Positions 55,581 to 57,268 of a stretch of 57,268 nucleotides of DNA are shown piece by piece (the first letter of the stretch is position 1; the number at the start of each line of letters is the position of its first letter). The notes under the pieces were generated by a model that saw only the letters and a list, made by a program, of their open reading frames with translations, did no database searches and had not been told where the DNA came from. Origin of the DNA: Minisyncoccota bacterium. Lineage in GTDB: Bacteria > Patescibacteriota > Minisyncoccia > Phycocordibacterales > UBA9973. Made by a program: the position numbers and the translations under genes. The stretch is taken from the NCBI GenBank assembly GCA_041659845.1, contig JBAZXM010000004.1:1-57268 (forward strand). The letters run 5' to 3'.

Positions 55581-55588
55581 AAAATATA

Positions 55589-55939
55589 TTAAAAAGTAAG
55601 TCCGGCTTTGCGCGCTTCATCAGCAAGCGCCTTCACTCTACCAGTATACTTGAAGCCGTTACGGTCGAAAACGACCTTAGTAATACCTTTGGCAATCGCA
55701 GCTTTCGCAACTTCAGCTCCAGTCTTTTCTGCTCGTTCTGTCTTTGTGCCAGTCTTTGCCTTTATGTCAGAAGCAGAAGCCAATGTAATGCTCTTTGAAT
55801 CATCGATCACCTGCGCATAGATATAATTGTTTGATTTGAAAACTGAAAGGCGTGGCATCTCTGAAGTACCTGAAACTCGCGCTCGGATACGTTTCTTTAA
55901 TCTAATTCGCTTTTCTGTTTTTTTGTTTACTGTTTTCAT
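55589..55939 (-). CDS. rplR: 50S ribosomal protein L18
   Basis: [18 protein letters not shown]...[26 protein letters not shown]. Confidence 0.92.
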   Translation of the reverse strand: MKTVNKKTEKRIRLKKRIRARVSGTSEMPRLSVFKSNNYIYAQVIDDSKSITLASASDIKAKTGTKTERAEKTGAEVAKAAIAKGITKVVFDRNGFKYTGRVKALADEARKAGLTF

Positions 55940-55961
55940 ATGCTTTATAAATATTTATGCA

Positions 55962-56495
55962 TTATGCTGCCTTCTTACCCTGCTTGCGGCGAATAACTTC
56001 ATCGTCATAGCGCATACCCTTACCCTTGTAAGGCTCAGGCTTCTTGAGTGAACGGATCTTTGAAGCGAACTGCCCAACGAGCTCCTTATCAATACCAGTA
56101 ATCGTCATGACATTCTTCTCTGCAATCATTGTGATGCCTTCCGGAATAGGGACAACAACAGGGTGAGAGAAGCCAAGAGCCAAATTCAAATTCTTCCCTG
56201 CAACTTCTGACTTGAACCCGACACCTTCCAAGATTAATTTCTTTTGGAAGCCGTTGTTCACACCTTCAATCATATTCTTCACATGAGAAGCCGTAGTACC
56301 CCAGAGAGCTTTGGCGAAGGTTGTGGTTTTCTTCAGAGAAAATGTTACTACACCATTGTCGATTTTGATCTCGATCTCATCGCGGAATTCGCGAGAGAGA
56401 GTGCCTTTAGGGCCAACGACTGTCAAAGTATTGCCGTCTTTTGTAACGGTTGTCTTTTCAGGGATTTGAAGTTGTTGTTTTCCTACACGTGACAT
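55962..56495 (-). CDS. rplF: 50S ribosomal protein L6
   Basis: MSRVGKQQLQIP...EPYKGKGMRY. Confidence 0.92.
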   Translation of the reverse strand: MSRVGKQQLQIPEKTTVTKDGNTLTVVGPKGTLSREFRDEIEIKIDNGVVTFSLKKTTTFAKALWGTTASHVKNMIEGVNNGFQKKLILEGVGFKSEVAGKNLNLALGFSHPVVVPIPEGITMIAEKNVMTITGIDKELVGQFASKIRSLKKPEPYKGKGMRYDDEVIRRKQGKKAA

Positions 56496-56512
56496 AAAAA
56501 TAAATTAAAAGA

Positions 56513-56905
56513 TTACCAAAGTGTGAATAACGCTTCGCCTCCGACCATTTCCTTGCGAGCTTGTGTGTTTGTTAAAATCCCTTTTGGAGTTGAGAGTATG
56601 AGTATGCCTTTGCCATTCCTGATAGGGCGAAGTTCCTTCACTCCCATATATACTCGGCGGGAGGTCTTGGAAACTCGCTCTGCGTGAATGACACGAGGAC
56701 TTCCATCGGAATTATAGAGTACGCTGACTTCAAGTACAGGGTGGCCTTTTTTAGTCTTCTTTGAAACAGAAGCGATATAGCCGACATTGAGCAAGCAAGT
56801 TAAAATTGCATGCTTGATTTTAGAATATGGAACAGTAACAAGCGGACGCTCTGCTGCGCCGGCGTTCTTGATCATTGTGATTAATGCTGCGATTGGATCA
56901 GTCAT
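56513..56905 (-). CDS. rpsH: 30S ribosomal protein S8
   Basis: MTDPIAALITMIKNA...LSTPKGILT...GGEALFTLW. Confidence 0.92.
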   Translation of the reverse strand: MTDPIAALITMIKNAGAAERPLVTVPYSKIKHAILTCLLNVGYIASVSKKTKKGHPVLEVSVLYNSDGSPRVIHAERVSKTSRRVYMGVKELRPIRNGKGILILSTPKGILTNTQARKEMVGGEALFTLW

Positions 56906-56915
56906 AAAATAAATA

Positions 56916-57101
56916 TTACCAAGACGACTTACGAACGCCAGGGATCATTCCCTCGTTAGCAAGTTCGCGGAAGCAGATTCGGCATAGGCCGAAATCACGC
57001 ATGAAACCTCGACCGCGGCCGCACTTAAAACAGCGATTCTTCGCTCGGGAGCTGAACTTTGGAGTCCTTTGTGATCGGACGACGACGGAGGTTTTTGCCA
57101 T
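56916..57101 (-). CDS. rpsN: 30S ribosomal protein S14 type Z (zinc-binding)
   Basis: MAKTSVVV...[23 protein letters not shown]...W, 61 aa. I moved the start to ATG 57101. Confidence 0.9.
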   Translation of the reverse strand: MAKTSVVVRSQRTPKFSSRAKNRCFKCGRGRGFMRDFGLCRICFRELANEGMIPGVRKSSW

Positions 57102-57208
57102 AATGAAAAATGCTCGTTTCAAGTATCAATATCACACGCTTTTTCTTGTAAATTCCTTAAAACTCACAAGGAGAAGCGTGGATTGAATACTTCAAAACCA
57201 GTCCCCCT

Positions 57209-57237
57209 ATCCTAGCAGAAGAGGGCTTGAGTGTCAA
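57209..57237 (-). promoter_or_regulatory. sigma70-type promoter TTGACA-N17-TAGGAT upstream of rpsZ
   Basis: Read on the minus strand. It precedes a ~100-nt leader containing ccacgctt...aagcgtgg-like pairing. Confidence 0.5.
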
Positions 57238-57268
57238 ATAAAAGAACTAGATGATATACTTCTTACAA

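Overview
AT-rich bacterial fragment that looks like Candidate Phyla Radiation / Patescibacteria (Parcubacteria-like). The taxonomic call is inference. It rests on a ribosomal spc-type cluster (rpsZ-rpsH-rplF-rplR-rpsE-rplO-secY-adk-map) with only 22 nt between rpsE and rplO, so no L30 gene. It also rests on a complete type IV pilus/competence cluster and many small orphan genes.

Layout:
- 1-10.7 kb: minus-strand pilus operon (pilM-N-O, pilB, receiver, pilT, pilC, two pilins, pilD, pilin-like), with divergent comF.
- 10.8-11.0 kb: two class-II tRNA-Ser genes.
- 11-16.5 kb: accessory genes (CYTH, ParB-like, sortase, cupin, ice-binding-like surface protein).
- 16.7-22.7 kb: palindrome-controlled membrane protein, membrane fusion protein (MFP) and CusA/CzcA-type RND pump.
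- 22.8-27.3 kb: 1501-aa tail-fibre-like surface protein.
- 27.3-32 kb: histidine kinase, response regulator, cupredoxin-like protein, recG.
- 32.2-33.7 kb: Bacteroidota-style PKD protein with a T9SS C-terminal sorting domain.
- 33.8-37.1 kb: C39 peptidase, tRNA-Ile(UAU), ftsH.
- 37.2-40.7 kb: two-gene module at the 3' side of ssrA.
- 40.8-41.6 kb: ssrA and smpB.
- 41.7-44.5 kb: M15-like peptidase and two orphan genes.
- 44.6-57.1 kb: infC-rpmI-rplT, a TIGR00725 protein, a beta-CASP nuclease, ndk, a 909-aa FtsK/VirD4-like ATPase and the ribosomal cluster.

Best candidate for a new system: the 37.2-40.7 kb module. It holds a 929-aa fusion of a RecB-like PD-(D/E)xK nuclease with a DnaG-type primase core, plus a 186-aa orphan. 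Each gene has its own copy of a near-identical ~82-bp promoter/leader cassette.

No CRISPR array, reverse transcriptase, integrase or transposase was seen.
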